Below are positions 63,196 through 64,000 of a DNA stretch of 64,000 bases, one piece after another (position 1 is the first letter of the stretch; each line of letters starts with the position of its first letter). The stretch is taken from positions 2,062 to 66,061 of the forward strand of contig JAIRRP010000052.1 of assembly GCA_031255915.1 (NCBI GenBank), read 5' to 3'. Source of the stretch: Puniceicoccales bacterium. GTDB lineage: Bacteria > Verrucomicrobiota > Verrucomicrobiia > Opitutales > JAIRLG01. The notes under the pieces were generated by a model. It had not been told where the DNA came from and made no database searches. It worked only from the letters and a program-made list of their open reading frames with translations. The translations under genes and the position numbers were made by a program.

Positions 63196-64000
63196 CTATT
63201 CCGCATCCGTTTGACCATGTTTTGCCGGAAGAAGTTCATGCGCGACAACATGCCGACGATCGCCTTTGTGCCACCAATAGAAAATCGGGCTGGCGATGAA
63301 AATGGATGAGTAGGTTCCCACGATGATGCCGATGCTGAAGATGAGTGCGAGGTCATTGATGACCCCCATTCCGAAACATAGAAGACTCAACGAAGAAAAA
63401 AGCGTCGTAAGGCTGGTCAATAGGGTCCGCGAAAAGGTTTTGTTGATGGCTAGATTGATCACTTCGTACAGCGAGAGGAAGGGATTCAGCCTGAGTTCCT
63501 CACGGATGCGATCGAATATGATGATGGTATCATTGATCGTGTAGCCGATGATCATTAAAATGGCCGCAATCATGGGAATAGAAAATTGGCGCCCCATCAG
63601 AATATAGAGGCCAATGGTAACCCAGGCATCATGCAGTGTTGAAACGATGGCACCTATGCCATAACCCATTTCGAAGCGAAAAACGATGTAGAGGAGTATC
63701 CCGACAAGGGCGATTCCCACCGACAGAAGCGCATTCCAGCGGAGATGTCGACTGGCGGAGGCACCGATACTACTTTCACGGACGATTTGTAGATGAGCTT
63801 CTGGATAGCGTTGCTGTAAGGAGGCGACGACATGCTTTCCTTTCTCCAGCTCCGTCTGGAGCTTCAATAGCTCTGTGGAGTCCCCTGTAGTTCTTTGGTA
63901 GGTCGATATGACTTCACCTAAATGCTCCGCTGAGGCGGCAGTTTTGATATCGCGGAGGACGAGCTTATTTTCAAATTGAAGGATGACCTCATCACCTCCT
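63196..64000 (-). CDS. secF: protein-export membrane protein SecF (or C-terminal part of a SecDF fusion), 5' end outside the window
   Basis: FRFEMGYGIGAIVSTLHDAWVTIGLYILMGRQFSIPMIAAILMIIGYTINDTIIIFDRIREE. I translated upstream of the listed TTG start and the frame stays open to position 64000 (...GGDEVILQFENKLVLRDIKTAASAEHLGEV...). Confidence 0.85.
   Translation of the reverse strand, partial: GGDEVILQFENKLVLRDIKTAASAEHLGEVISTYQRTTGDSTELLKLQTELEKGKHVVASLQQRYPEAHLQIVRESSIGASASRHLRWNALLSVGIALVGILLYIVFRFEMGYGIGAIVSTLHDAWVTIGLYILMGRQFSIPMIAAILMIIGYTINDTIIIFDRIREELRLNPFLSLYEVINLAINKTFSRTLLTSLTTLFSSLSLLCFGMGVINDLALIFSIGIIVGTYSSIFIASPIFYWWHKGDRRHVVAHELLPAKHGQTDAE

Overview
This 64-kb chromosomal window comes from a host-dependent bacterium, probably of the PVC group and Chlamydiae-like. 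That placement is an inference from a Tlc/Npt-type ATP/ADP translocase, a Mip-like FKBP, the rpmI-rplT-pheS and rplM-rpsI blocks, and scattered type II secretion parts. Housekeeping genes are murE, an isolated atpA, xseB-dxs, glgP, pyrG-ispD, asd, rplM-rpsI, birA, aspS, skp, pgsA, pgpA, a standalone 5'-3' exonuclease, rpmI-rplT-pheS, a KAS III-like enzyme, tadA, a DUF721 protein, rnc, a GT8 glycosyltransferase, recJ and secF. There are three tRNAs: Glu-UUC, Pro-CGG and Leu-UAA.

Accessory blocks that look more A+T-rich by eye (not computed) sit between these genes. The main points of interest are:
- A three-member family of signal-peptide proteins shares an N-terminal module. Two tandem members end in an OTU-type (deubiquitinase-like) cysteine protease domain.
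- A 705-aa protein carries a PI3/PI4-kinase-like GDRHxxN catalytic loop.
- Several large proteins of unknown function look like effectors. One small ORF next to tRNA-Glu has a eukaryotic N-myristoylation motif.
- A full-length ribonucleotide reductase alpha homolog appears, by eye, to have lost every catalytic Cys/Tyr while keeping its ATP-cone.
- A cluster of TTATTCACA DnaA-type boxes lies in an A+T-rich gap and is a candidate oriC.
- Two families of dispersed, highly structured repeats are present: a GC-rich cloverleaf-like element of about 100 bp and an AT-rich palindromic MITE-like element of about 145 bp. They donate stop codons or C-termini to at least four genes and create many spurious ORFs in the track.

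No rRNA, CRISPR array, transposase or integrase was seen.
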